From Vicugna vicugna (lineage: Eukaryota), in contig MU058257.1 in NCBI GenBank assembly GCA_013265495.1, positions 1,629,262 through 1,693,261 of the forward strand: a stretch of DNA of 64,000 nucleotides, in the 5' to 3' direction. The position numbers were made by a program, and so were the translations under genes. Positions 40,046 through 54,155 of this stretch are shown here, piece after piece; within the stretch, counting starts at the first letter, position 1, and each line of letters begins with the position of its first letter. The notes beneath the pieces are model-generated. The model did no database searches and was not told the origin of the DNA. It worked only from the letters and a program-made list of their open reading frames with translations.

Positions 40046-43000
40046 CTCAGTATGGCTGAGCAATGCTGTCTGTCACATGAATAGCATTAAAACAAATTTA
40101 GACCATCAGTGATATTAATTGCTAGCCAGAAACCTAAGATAATTTATTGTCCAATTATACCCAATTATGAGAGCTAGTTTCATTATATCAAGATAGCTCT
40201 TCATCTGGTCACCCCTGAAGACCATATGGCCAGATGGAAGGCTGCATACTGAAAGATGTCATCCCGTCTTCCTTACCGCAGTAAACAACTTGCTCTCTAT
40301 CAACTCTGTGTTGTAAGTCACTTATTCCTAGTTCCTCAAATCTGAGTTTTTAAAAAGTGACTCGGGTACACAGCACACCTGGGACCTGTCTCAGGTAACT
40401 GTGTCAACTTCAATCCTCAAATGAGAGCAAGCAGGGGTCCTGTCCTGCAGGGGCCTGTGTGAGCTCACAGCGCTAACCAGATCGCCAGCTTTGGTCAGAG
40501 GACACCACCCTTCAAAAATGCAGGATTCAAATTATCATGAAAACTGGCTTTTCCTAATTTGTCCCATTCCCTAAATGGCCAAAAAACAAAACCGAAAGTC
40601 ATGATTCAACTATTTTTTCTATTTATCAAAAAGAAAATACCCATCTTGATTTTTCAATGATTAAACACACAGTCCAATGCACTGACCACTGACCATCCAA
40701 CTCACGTTCCATCAGTCCTGGGGTCACCTCAAGGACAAAGCAGAGAGGGGCTCCTCTTACTCCAAGGCGGGGAGGCAGGTGGAGACAAGGCTCAGTCCAC
40801 ACTTCTGCGGCGGGGCTGGGAACAGTGCCCCGCTCTGTCAACACCACGGCACAAAATGAAATTCTCTACTTTGCAGAAAGTTATGAACTTTTTTTTTTCA
40901 GAGACTGACAGAACCGTGCGTTCCTGAAAGCGACGTGAAAACAAGATGAAGCGCCCCTGCGGGACACTTCTACGCAGGTCGTCATGACCATCTGCAAAGA
41001 GGCTTCATCTTATAGCAAAACACAGATTGTGACTAATTCCAAACACAGATTAAAATCCTTAAAAACCAGGTCGCGGTCCTGCCTTGGCCCTTCTGACAGG
41101 CAAGTGCAGAGCTGTCCTGGAGGGAAACAAGGTGGAGACTCGGGGGTAACAAGTGAGACATATGGTGAATGCATCACTCAGGAAGCGCAGTGAGGACCCC
41201 TGACCACAGACGGTAGAGAAAGAGGTGCAAACTGGAGCAAAATGCAAAATTTACCTGCGTGTTATCATTGAAAAAAGAAACCACCCAAAGAAAAAGCAGA
41301 TTTTGAACATGAGTTGTGTAGTTTTCTTTTCCCTAAATGCGTCTTCGCTGTTGCAGGGGAAAATAGCACATAAATGTCCCACAGTAGCTCATTTATATAC
41401 TCTGACTAGGTATTAATTAAACAAATTAATCCAATAATTTTTACAATTGGCGCGTCCATCTGTGCAGCTGGCCAAACAACACACATGATGCTGACGGCTG
41501 GAAAGCCAATGTTGCCTCAAGAGAAGAACATATCCTTCAATGTTACTATTAATCTCTTTTGTTGACTATACTATTTTAAGGAGTAAAAAACATTTTTTTT
41601 AATTCTAGAACTATTCATATACTTTCAGGATGTTTTTTAAGGATGTATTTTAGGCTAACATTTAACTTCTCTGACTATTTATAGTCACTTCCTCTATAAA
41701 AGCTTGGAAATCAAGGGTACTACTGAGTAGTTAAGGAGGACTGCCACACAGGAAACTAGTAACAGGAAATGCAGTTCACAACTCTTAGCACAGAGCCCAC
41801 GCAAAGAAAACACGAGGCCAGTGAGAGCTCACGCGAGAGCAGGGCTGCTGGTTCATGTGCAACAGAGAAAAAAGATATTCACCAGAGTGTGCACGTCCAC
41901 CCCTGTAACAGATTCCTGTCGCACTGGGCGCTGATCAGTGCATTCTAAAAAAATATGCGAAAAACTATGTCAGTACAGACAAGCACTCATTTCAAAAACA
42001 GTGGTAAAGAGCTGAGACCAGTTTAAATTAAAATATTAACTAACTGTGCGTGTGTACACATGTATGTGATGCTTGCTTGGTGTTATGTGTGTTACCAGTA
42101 TTATAAAAACTTAAATCATCAAGTCATTTCTGAAACAGGTTTAAACATTAAGAAACCTGTGTCCTTGGGCAGTATTTTCTTTTTACCCTGATTTGACTTA
42201 ACATGAAACAACTGGTCTGGTCAAAATTTCAAACAGTCATGGGTTAAATTCATCCACAGAGGCTGCTTCCAGTCATTAATTAACACAAACACAGAGAGAT
42301 GCAAACATCAGTCATGCACTTGGACGATTTAATCTAATTTTAAAATTTCCAGTGGCTTTTAAAGTAGTGGTAGCATCATTCATTTAAACAATCAGATAAA
42401 ACCAGGAAGAGCAGACACCAGCAGTCACAGCTGGACGCAGCAAGCCGCATTTCACCAAGAAGCCTCGCACAACAGACTTGACTCAGCATTTCCAGGCTTA
42501 TGCTCCAGCCACCCGTCCTCAGAACCGCGTGATGTGTGCAGCTCTGGGAGGAGCCGGCTAGAAGCACGATGCCTTTACGACAGCCTGCCAAGAATGGTGG
42601 ACAGGTGATCAAGAGGGAGGGATACCAACAGTCCTCACTCGCTCTGCGGCCTCTTCCCGCGGGGCCATCAGGTAGGCATGGTCCTCGCCCCTCCTGCCAG
42701 GGTCCATCGTAACCTCCTCCAGCACCTTCACGTCTGTCACACACGGTTCCTCGTGAATAGAAGGAGTTTCCACAACCGTCTTCACAGAAGTGCGTTTCAC
42801 CCTGGCTAGGACCAGTCACAACAGTGAAATCAAAGTTCACCCCACTGAAGTTCCCACTACAGACGCGAACCCGTGTTCTGCACCATGGTGATCACACTTT
42901 CATAGTCAACCAGTGTCATCGCAATGCTTCCATCACTGGCAAACAAGACATCCTTGGACGAGGCCTCAGTTTATTATGATTTTAAATACTTTTGCTAGGA

Positions 43001-43276
43001 ATCCAAACTGTGTTCAATTTGAAAGTGTTTTATACAATTAAAAAAACCTCTCACTGATACACAAAAAAATAAATCATATTTTTAAATTTTTAAAGAAATA
43101 AAAAAGGATTTCTTAAAAGACCTTTGAGATTATTTTCATACATAATAAAACTGAGGTCTAAGAAGAAGATGATGATCATTCACAACACAGCAACAGAGTG
43201 AGCTGCACGGCCAAGGGCTGGCAGGGCCGGAGCGGGGTGGGGGCCCCACTCTGTTCCCAGATGCAGCAAATTCCAA

Positions 43277-43393
43277 GTTAGGGAGCAGAGACACTGAGTC
43301 ACACAGACGCCAGCATCCAGCTCCAGAACTTGCTCGCTGGGTAACCTCGGGCAGTTACCCTTCCTGAACTTCGATTCCCTCCTGTAGGAGGGG
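43277..43393 (+). mobile_element. MIR SINE fragment
   Basis: gttagggagcagagacactgagtcacacagac...atccagctcc...gctgggtaacctcgggcagttac. Confidence 0.65.
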
Positions 43394-46300
43394 TGCACTC
43401 AAATGTCAGCTGCCTGAACCCCTTTCTAACTTTCATTTCTGACAGGACTGAACATGAAACCCTTCAGCCAACAAAGGCAGTTACAGTTACGGTGAGGATT
43501 ATTATCTCCAAATAAAATGTCAACAAAGCCATCCTAATAGGTATTAATATTCAAATCTAAACTCATCATACTACTTTCCACAGTATCTAGAAAAATAGGA
43601 AGACTTTTTAAATGCCAGATTAACATTTTTTATAAATAATAATCCAAGGTATAACAATATTTCCCTCTGGGGAAGAAACACATTCCTAGAGCTCTTCTGA
43701 GCAAGAAAGACAGTAACAAAATGTTAGCAAAGTGCATAATGAGAAAAGCTTCGCTGCATGAAGGTCTAAACTGCAGAGAAATGCGAAGCCGTCCTACAGC
43801 AGGATGGGGCTCAGGGAGCGGCTGGTCCCACCACCACAGAAAACTGACAGACGTTAAACTGGTTTTCATGTTTACATTATGAGGGATAAATGACTCGAGT
43901 TAATACGCAATGCTATGTAATACTGTGTTATACATGACAGTGATGTTTTAAGTCAACACCAGTCACCACCATCACAAAATGCTACCAAAACTTGTAGGAA
44001 AATTGTATTATCAGGAAAAAAATGAAACAAACTCCATCCATACCTGTTTGAATGAGGATTAACCGACCATTGGTTAAGCAAGCCTTTCCTTTCTACCCAG
44101 ACTAGAAACAACAGGTGAGAGTGTAAATAGTTTCCGTATCATTATTCAAGGTTTTTATCTTGCTAAAATAAAGACAAACAGGTGATTCCAAGGCCACCAA
44201 CAAACACTTTTACTTTCCTCGAATGGAGACAAGTAACAGACTGAGAAGAAATTTTCTAAAAGTAGAGAAATAACACACGTGCATCTAATCCTCCAAGAAT
44301 CTCCAGTCTTGGATTTTTTTCAAAATTCAAAAGCTGCTTCCTCTCCTAGGTTTAGCCAAAATACGCAAAACTATATTCACGTGTCTACCTGTTGTTTGAG
44401 TTATTTTGTAAACACAACCCAGCAAACTAGGCTGGTTCACAGCCTCGCTTGGCAATGCTCTCCTTCTCGGTGGCGAAGGCAGCCACAGAGACTATTCAGG
44501 GAAAATTCAGATGAGACGCACTATTTGTTTCCACCCAAAACTCCAACAGGATATTTAGTTCCGAATGGTGAGAGGCACACAATAATTATTCTCACACCTA
44601 GATGGATGTGAATGAAAATCAGCACCCCTCTTTATAGATAAGAAAACGTTCAGTTCTGGGATTCCATGACAGGCGACGTGGAAGCAGGTTTTTAATTCCT
44701 CCTCCTCATGCCTCAGGGAGCAGCGGGGCTGCAAGGCTTGGCCGCGGGCTGGCCGGCCGGCTCCCCACCTGCTGGGGGTAAGGCAGCTGCTTCAGCAATG
44801 TTTATGCTCTTACAAGTTGCTGAAAACTCCACAGAGCTTCTGTTTACATGGGGGTGTATCTGTCAATATCCCCCACTTAAGAAATTAGAACAGAAAGTGT
44901 TAAATCCAAGAACAGACAAGCACACACTGTCCCAGCACGAAGTCAAAGCAGTGCTGCCGCCGCGCCCTTGCAGGTTCCAGAAAACCACACGGGACACTCG
45001 AGAACGAGGGTGAACACAGACAGCGTCTCAGTGGAACTATGACGAGCCAGGACCCAAAGCCCCGAGGACAGCGCTGAAGTCCCCAGGTGTCTCTAACCAC
45101 ACCTAGAACCACAGGACTGAGCATCCAGGGCCTCGTGGATCGTCTGCCTTGTGGCCCACGCCCTGCGTCAGGAGCAGAAGCAGAGACACCAACCACACGC
45201 AGTCCTGCTGACAAAGTTTTCAAGGTGTTTAACTGACTCAAAGTTTGGCAAAGATCTGCATCTGGAATACTGCACTTCCTCTCCTGGAGACGTCAGAAGG
45301 AGAACACTGATTGACACAGAGGATGACAGTGACGGATTAATTAGGACAGTGATGGCGTGAGCCACTGACACTAACGCTGCACTCAGTGCAGACCAAGCCT
45401 TTTATGCACACGCTGCATGCGGGCTTCACAAACCTACGAGGTGGCACCAAGCACTCGCACAACCATGAAACCGGCGACTGTAACAGTCGCAAGGCTTCCT
45501 CTACAGCAGGAGGTCGCAAGAGCAGCAACGATTTTCAATGACAAAAGCAAAAAATGCATATATTTGGGAAATAAAGCAAACGACACACGGAAGAACAATA
45601 AACCAGAAGAGCAGATGGAATGGAAACTTCTGCTGAAGAAAGCAGAGACTGATTCAATTAAGAACGCTAATGTCCCTGGTCTAATGGAACCATCAACTCA
45701 ACTTTTTGGAACGCTGGCTTGTGAAATTACCCTCTCATTTAGTGTAGGAGTTCCTATTTGGACCAACTTGACGTGCATCACTGGTGCGAGGTTAGCTATT
45801 TAGGGAAACAACAATATTTGTATTTTTTAACTTAACAGGAAACATAACACAGGACTTCAGATTTAGGGAGAGAATGCAAACAAATACTGTCACGCTTCCA
45901 TCCAGTAAGAACGCATGTCCCTGCGTCAGCAAAGCAATGACAATCTGCACCAAAAACCCCAGTTCTCCAACTGTGACAAGTATGAGACCATGAACCATGA
46001 ATTACGAGAACAAGCAATTGTTTAAATGCCATCAACAATTTTTTTATCATCTTGAAAACATCACTGATGCTCTAGGTTAAGAAAAAGAATTGTTTTACTA
46101 ACAAATCTGACACAGGGATTTTTCCAAGGAAGAAGATGATTTGAAAAACTGCAGGGAGATGAGTTACGATGAACTGAGCAGTGACGGAGCTGACCTCAGA
46201 CTGACCAGCATCACTTCCTGGTTTTACACTTGCTCTCTGCTCCTCACCTCTGACACAAGAACTCACCAAATGATTTTTTTTCTTTAGGCAGGAAAAAAAA

Positions 46301-49300
46301 GATAAATAAAATCTAACTACAAAATGTGGTATGAAAAGTGGTCATGAAGTTGTCCAATCTAATGATGCAATGTAACGTAAAATTTACCTGGGCACTAGAA
46401 CTTTTTAAACCATGGTTTATTTTATATCATACTTCTATCCTAAAGGAGGCACTTAAAGTTTTCTATTTTATTCAACGTATCTTGTGGAGGTCGTGACATT
46501 ATACATCATCATACACTGGTATGACTGCCGTCAGAGATTTAAAATTGCCTCTGTAGCTGCAGTCAGGAATGTCAAGGACCCTTTAAGTTGTGGCTGAGAA
46601 GGAATTCATGAAGTCAGCACATGTGCTCAGTGCCTGCGCTTTGCACAGAGCACCATCAGCAAGTGTAACTCTGACAAGGAGTCCCCCCAGGGACCTGGGG
46701 GGCGCTCTGACACTGTGAAGACGCCTGTTGCCCAGTTAGGTGAGGCTTGGAAAAATCGTTTGCTATAAGTGACTTCCTTTGTATGTGTCTTTTGTTCTGA
46801 GAGGTCACTAATTAGCCTAGAACGCAAAACATCTCATAGCATAAGAATGTAGGTACTCCATCCTTCCAGCAACCCGTCTATTTATTTACCATATTTATAG
46901 TTAGGTTACATTTTCTACGGCGTTCACCTCCGGACACCAAACAAGAAAGGTTGCAAAATATTTATTATAAAAAGGGGGGGGGGTGTCTAAGGGTTAAAAC
47001 CACTACTGCAAACAACAAAAACCATATAATATTGTTAATAATCTCAACTGCATCAGACCTTCCCGAATTCCTCCCTCAAACTCACTGTCACAACAGTAAC
47101 AGAATCTCTGTTCTTCCAAGACTCGGGCCTGATCGCCACCCATCAAGACATCTGTCTGTTAGTCCCTACTTGTCCTCAGGGCCCCTCAACACACCGTGAG
47201 GGGTGATCCCCCATCAGTGTCCCTACTGTGGGGGGAGCCTGGAAGTCCCGGGCACTTTCCAGGATTCATACCTACCTGCAAAAATCAAAGTCATGTGACT
47301 TCAAAACGGGGACAACCCAGGTGGTGCGACATGGCTGAAAGCTCACCAAAAACAGGCTTGGGGGCCTGACCCAAGCCCTCTGGCTCCTCACATGATGAGC
47401 GAGAGGGAGGCCCAATTAGCCACAGACTGGGGGCTTCATTAACTCCACGAATAAAGGATTTGTGCCAGCGCCACCTTTAGACAGGGGACCCCAGAACCCA
47501 GACTCAGAAGCACTCCATCCCCTCCTCTCTGGACAATTAGTCCTTCAAGACACATGGGGAGAGGCGGGAGCCCCGGTGAGCTCTGACAGACTGAAGGTGC
47601 ACCCTGAAAGACTGCTGCTAACAGACGGGTGGGGCCCAGGCAGCCCCCTGGGGCCACCAGCCCTTCTGGTACCGCTGACGGCCACACTCCATCCAGAACA
47701 GTTTCTGCAAGACTCTTACACACACACATAGCCATCACACAAAGAAGACTGCTTAGGCATATTTTAAGAGGAACAACGTTCTGTGAATGCCAAGTTCATG
47801 ACAGGTCAGAGGCAAGACCCCAGGGTGTTTACTGGGTGAGAGCTCACACGTGCCACCCAGTGGACTTTAAACCCTTAGGACACAGTCACAGAACAGTGGG
47901 CGTCTTCTTTCTTTCCTCCAAATTGGCTTTACCGGAGAACTCGGTAGACACAGGAAGATTCTGGATCCCACCTCCACTCCTTACACGAAGGGCTCACCAC
48001 GCAGAGTGGGATCAGCACTGGTGCAACCAGCTCTGACGTGAGATCTCCCCTGTCCAGCCCCCCGAGGAACCCCAGCACGGCAGCGCCTGCAAGAATCAGG
48101 GCCTGAGGAGTGAGCTGGAATGAGCTTGGGAAGCTTGAATCAGAATCTGCAGAGAGCGATACTGGCGTGAGGGCTCCTTCGAGCTCTGCAGGTCATCTCC
48201 GCGTCGTCCTGAAAAAACAGTCAGCACTAGAGACGTCTGACAAGAGGCTAAAAGGTAAGGCCTCCCCAGATCCCCACACCTTCGTTCAGGGGCATCCTCA
48301 AGTAGAACACGATGAGAAAAGACACTGGCATTGAAGGCGTACACATGCCACCTCGGGCTGCAGGGGGTGGGGCCCTGCGCTGCCTCTGCCCCCACGGCCC
48401 CTCGTCCCGCAGGGGCGGCTGACTAGCTCCCTGACATTCTCTCCTTGGCTGTGCTGCAGTTTCAGCTTTTAAGAGCTTGTAAGAGCCCCACCGGAAAATC
48501 TTTAAAAATGAGTCCAAGTCTAATGAAATCAACCACAGAAACACGATGCCTTCATCACTTTACATTTTAGGGCAAGAAATTCTTGAAGACGACTCTCTGA
48601 TCTGAAGGGGTGGATGGAGGAGAAAAGAAAGTAAGACAAAAGCATTTTTGCCCCATAAAGAATGAGAGGTAACCGGATGGTGGCTGGTTTTCATTCCACC
48701 CCTCTGCCCGCCCCAGTTTCACGGGCCCTTCCCGACTGCACTCATCAGAACTCCAGTGAAGGAGGCGGCTGTGTGAATTTATTGGAAACCAAAGAAATCA
48801 CTACAGAAAAGGTCTCCCAAGCCCAGAGAGAACCCTGCAGGCTGACCAGTGTCGGGACCCGAATACTAAAACACACAGACCCAAATTCAGACCTCCACTG
48901 AATGGGTGGGGTTACAGTGGCTGTGTCGCCCTAGTTTGTCTGCATCCAACACCTAAAAATGAAAGGCACTCTAGCTTTGGACATCCTGCTCTCTCTCCAA
49001 CAACTGGCGATCAATTAGCATTCGTCAGCAGCAAAACTCGATTTTCTCCCCCGCATGTGGAAGCGAAGGCATGGAAGAGACTGATGACTCCCGCTGCGAG
49101 CGTGGCTAAGTGTTTCCAAGCAACCAGGCTGCGTCGCCCTCCTGACAGGCCGGGAGAGAGCGGGCCGCGGGGCTCTGCACACTAACGGCCGGACAAGGAG
49201 GGCACTTCCGCACCGACTTCAGGGGGAGAAACACGGGAGCAGCTCTTGTTGGAAATAAATTCTAATTAAAATTTCGGGTGCAGCTCCTGCAGCGGAACGC

Positions 49301-50189
49301 ACACCTGCAGACGCACTTCCCTCCACGACTGTCCAGCCGTGTGAGCCGGGCTCTTTAATGTACCTGCACGTTCGGCTTAGCAAGTGGTCCATGTGTGTTT
49401 TCTGGAAATTACGTGGGGGTGGAAAACCTTGCAAACATGTCCATTATTTGCTGTGGAATTTGTTTAATCCTCTCAGGAACATTCAGACAGACAACATTCT
49501 TAAATTAGCATCTTTGCCCGAGAGACCTTTCCATTCACACACGCCAAACTCTAGGACAACCCAGAAGCAAAATCAAAACCGTCTCCGTGCACAGCACTGC
49601 AGGATGAGTCCAATTTGAATGAGCATCAAGGATTTTTTCTCCACACCCTTTTCCTTCTCTGCCCACATTTATCACCCTCTGCTGCTCTTGCAAAATGAGT
49701 ATATGACTCATCTTCTCTGCCTGTAAAATGGAAATGAGAAATACTTCTTCCCAATAAAAATGCCATAAAACTACCCCAAAAAATTATATATTTTTTTAAA
49801 TTTTCAAACCAGAGCTTTATGCTGTCCAGGGATATGAATCATTTAGTTAATGGGCCAACTGATACTAGAATAAACTGTTTAAAAATGTAACACCTCCTCA
49901 GAATACTTCAACTACTATTCAAGAAAAATATCACAGAAAATTTCTGAAAAGAATTTAAAGGAAAATCATTTTTAACTGAATCATATTCTAGGCACACTGA
50001 AGAAATTCTACTTAGAGAACTCCTACAGTTTAAAAAAAAAATAACCTATAAAAATACACCCAGCATTCATCAGTAAATCTTCATTCCTTATTCTAAAAAT
50101 TCTTAAGACATGCCATTTTTCTTAAATCAAATGAGGAGGTGTTATCACGCCAATGGACAGCAGAATCACCAAAGACGACACTGTGAACA

Positions 50190-50395
50190 GCAAGAGCACC
50201 CAGCACCTGGCCAAGCTCTCTGCCTGAGAGCCATCGCAGCATCTCATTGTGACCTGACCGCTCGGAGGTGAGCTGTCGGCCTGTCCAACACATGAAAAAA
50301 CTGAGGCTCTGGGTGGTTGTATTTCAAGTACTTGGTGGAGCCAGGATCCAAACTCGGATCTCTGTCTACACAGCCTGCGCCTTTACCAAGTCACA
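50190..50395 (-). mobile_element. MIR SINE
   Basis: acatgaaaaaactgaggctc...ggtggagccaggatccaaactcggatctctgtct. Confidence 0.65.
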
Positions 50396-51425
50396 GCCAC
50401 ATTTCCAACTCTTCATATGCACACACCTTCCCTGCACTTCTAAGAGTCTGAGGAAACACTCAATTTCAGGGACTGATCAGATTTTTATGTGGGCTAATTT
50501 TTTATTTTCTGGTTCTCCTGAATCAGTTCAGGCTGAATCCATACTGCTTACGAGGAGAAGCCCTGAGGCAGAGGAGAGGGGGGAAGATCAGCCAGACATA
50601 AACAATTTCAAGAGACCCACTTAATCAAGGAAGCAAAGTATTACATAAACCGCTTCAGCGACACCCTTGTCAATGACCCCTGGGGTCTCTGTCTCAGCCC
50701 GAAGCCAGGAGAGCCCTCTGGCCCCTCAGCCTTCCTGCCACGCCCCCTGACGACCTTGGTTCCCTCATCTGTGACACCTGTGTTCTGGGCATTTTCGTAG
50801 AGATTAAATAAAAAAATAATAATAATTTTTAAAAAAAGCAAAGAGGCTACTTCATTGCCAGACAGTAGGCGCTAAACAAATAATAAAATTATTTAGTGAA
50901 AATGGAAGGTAAGTCTCCCAATTAAACATTCCTGATAGAATCCCAACAAGCACTTTAATTTGTCTGCCAAAACTTGTAAAATAATACTTCTTTTTTAAAG
51001 GCTGTAGCCATTCCCCCGACTTTTTCCTAAGCCTGGCTGTTATCCTGAAAGTCTATTCCCAGAACTTGGCATCTCCCATATTTAAATCCTTTAAGCTTGA
51101 AGTCATGACGAAGCCTGGGTGCATAAAGATTCACACCATAATTCACAGAATAAACAGCCCACAGGAACGGGGCCACCTCCAGACCCCGTGTGCTCAGGAC
51201 AGGCTCCAAACGTCATAAAATGAGGCACGCTGTGTGACCAGAAAGAAAATCTAATGTCCTCAAGGAGGCTGACACGGAGTCTGGCGGGCTCATGAGGTGA
51301 TGCCTTCACCCTCTTGTCTGCCTTAAGTCATCCAACACAGTTATTTATTTCTAACTGAAACTACAGAACACAGGTAGGGCTGCAGAGTAGTGGGTTTTTT
51401 TAATAACATATTTATTAACAAATTC

Positions 51426-51967
51426 TGTTTGTTTTTGTTTTTTTAAACTTTTTTATTGAGTTATAGTCATTTTACAATGCTATGTCAAATTTCAGCGTAG
51501 AGCACAATTTTTCAGTTATACATGAACATACATATATTCATTGTCACTTTTTTTCTCTGTGAGCTACCACAAGATCTTGTATATATTTCCCTGTGCTATA
51601 CAGTGTAATCTTGTTTATCTATTCTGCATATGCCTGTCAGTATCTATAAATTTTGAAATCCCAGTCTGTCCCTTCCCAATCCCCGCTCCCTTGGCAAACA
51701 CAAGTTTGTATTCTATGTCTCTGAGTCTGTTTCTGTTTTGTATTTATGGTTTTTGTTTTTTTGTTAAGATTCCACATATGAGCGATCTCATATGGTATTT
51801 TTCTTTCTCTTCCTGGCTTTCTTCATTTAGAATGACATTCTCCAGGAACATCCGTGTTGCTGCAAACGGCGTTATGTTGTCGGGTTTTATGGCTGAGTAG
51901 TATTCCATTGTATAAATATACGACATCTTCTTTATCTAGTCATCTGTTGATGGACATTTAGGCTGTT
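51426..51967 (-). mobile_element. Young 5'-truncated L1 3' end, same subfamily as 6921-7829
   Basis: T-rich tail at 51426-51454, then the reverse complement of the same 3' UTR seen at ~7300-7810. ORF 51744-51926 reads YIYTMEYYSAIK...PFAATRMFLENVILNE (ORF2 end). Confidence 0.93.
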
Positions 51968-52016
51968 GGAAAGTAACGTTTTTGTTTCAACTTTTTTCCC
52001 TACAACATACACGTAT

Positions 52017-52470
52017 TGCTGACTAAAAATTGGCACTTACCATCTGCCTCTGCCTGGATTAAGTCCCGAGCCACTGCAGCCACCGACCTCCAACATCCCC
52101 TGAAAGGAGTTCAGGGTGAAGGTCAGGAATGGGGCGCTCTGTGCTCTGGGAAAACTGGCTGAACAGGCCTTCAGATAGTTAGATATATTCAGGAGGAGAT
52201 TTTTTCAGCCCAATTCTTGAGTCTCCTCGTATCTAGAAAAGCACTAACATCATTAACAGAGACACCTGCTCCGGATGACCAGCAGCAAGCCCCTGATTGC
52301 ACATCCCCCCTCCACGGAAATCGGGTGTAACACTGAGACCCCCCCACCTCCTCAGAGCAGCTCCTCAGAGCTCTCTGGGATGCTGCCTCCCGGGCTAGAG
52401 TCCTCATTTTGCCCCAAATAAACCTTAACCCACAACTCTCACGCTGTGTGGCTTTATTTTATGATGCACA
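52017..52470 (+). mobile_element. Solo ERV LTR (ERV1-like, 454 bp)
   Basis: Starts TG (tgctgactaaaaa), ends CA (atgcaca), flanked by a perfect 4-bp TSD GTAT (52013-52016 and 52471-52474). AATAAA at 52417-52422. The body resembles recalled cetartiodactyl LTRs. Confidence 0.85.
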
Positions 52471-53859
52471 GTATCACAGAAAATAAGCCTATATACTTGA
52501 ACTTATAATAATAAACATTCAATATCAAACATTTCTTGACTTAAATTCCTTTTAAAAAGTGAATAATTAATGCATTTATTAAATATAGCATCTTTAAATA
52601 TAAATTAACGGGTATTTGCGAATCTTAGGAAAATACGTTCTAGAAAAAATTTTAGCTAATTAGAAGAAAAAAGCCATTGGGTGGAGCTTCAGAATGGAAG
52701 AGAACTGTACAGTAACTCCAGTTCTTATTTCAAACGTGGGGATACTGAAGCTTCAAAAGACGCATCAATTTGCCTGACTTTATACACTGTCCTGTAACAG
52801 AAAACCTAGAACTGAAAAAAAGACCCAGGTCTTTGAGAAACCAGACTTGCTCTGCTGGCGCAGGGCTGAACCTCGTGGGACAGAACCAGAATGCAGGGGC
52901 CTGGGCGAGGCAGCGGGGGAAAGGAGGGTCTCGCCTGGTCATGGATGAGAAACAGACGCACACCACATTGTTACGATGGGCATCCCTCAAGGGCCTAAAA
53001 ACCGCTATCCAGCACGCCTGCCACCGAGCATGCGTGGGCTGACGTGCTGGCTGACTGGGAGGCGTTCTCGGAGACACGCAAGCTGCTTTCACATTAGCTC
53101 TACACTGAAGGAGGAGAAGGAACAGAAAGCTGGTATCGACTCTTAAAAATTTACACCGAGAACCAAGGAAGTCCCCAGGAGAAATATAAAGGCTCACTGG
53201 AAGTTTTATTATGTGAATTTACTGCCAATTCAGTCGTCTTAAAAGTTGTACTATAAAACATATTGTCCTTCGCTGCTCCAAATCACACGTGGAAGAAATA
53301 ATAACTTTCTTAAGGGTGTTTCTGAAATTTTCTTCTATTCTCTAACGCCAAACCTGAGACCCTTAAAGGAATGAGGGGATGGAGTTTCATCCACTCTTCC
53401 CCAGGCAATTTTCAGTTCTTTCAAAGAACATGGGGGAAAGTCACATGGAAAGCATTTGAGCACCAAGCTGCTTCCATGTCCTCCCGAAGCCTTGGGGAGC
53501 AACATGGAAATGAACAGCAGGCAGAAGCCTGGCGGGAGCGTCACTGGTTAGGAGCTGAGAACAAACGTGCTCTCCAGCGTCCTCTCACAGCCACCAGTTT
53601 AAATGAACCAAGCAATTATTCCAGCATATACACACCTCTACGTGAAAACCTCCACCGTTACCAACTGATCAGTGCAGCCCAAAGCAACTGACAGACTGCA
53701 GAGGCCCCATCACGGCTCGTCGTGGTGTCTTACAGCATGTGCAGGACGAGTGGTACCTGCCCCGGTCCCGCCCCCGCCCTCGCGTCCCCTCTGGGGGGAG
53801 GGCTGGTCTTGAGCTGAGCTTACCTCACAGCAAGCTGTCTCTCATCAGCCCTCCCAGGA

Positions 53860-54155
53860 GAGCAGGATAAAAGCAGGAAAGCCACCTGGGACTTCACAGA
53901 GCCATCCCAAAAGGGAAGCGAGGCGCTCTTCTTCCCTGCTTTCTGCTGCCTGGAATGTGCACCTGATGGCTGACGCCCAGGAAGCCACTTTGGGCCATCA
54001 GGTTGATGGGCTGGGGCCGTCATACACACCAGCCCTGGGATGCCAACTGCTTGACTTCTTTACATAAGAGGGAAATACACTTTTAGCACATTTAAGCCAC
54101 GGCTGTGATTTGGGGAACTAGGGGTTGTATACTGCCATGCTTAGTTCTAATAATA
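53860..54155 (+). mobile_element. Old MaLR LTR (MLT1I/J-like)
   Basis: ctgcctggaatgtgcacctgatggctg...agccactttg...accagccctgggatgccaactgcttgacttctttacataagag...tttaagccac. Confidence 0.6.

Noticed and set aside
42376..42950. Gly-containing minus-strand ORFs vaguely like an hnRNP A-type processed pseudogene
   Set aside because: No alignable RRM motifs, poly-A tail or TSD that I can identify.
45417..45803. 128-aa Lys-rich ORF
   Set aside because: Appears to run across a MIR-like segment and an old A-rich L1-like fragment; no coding hallmarks.
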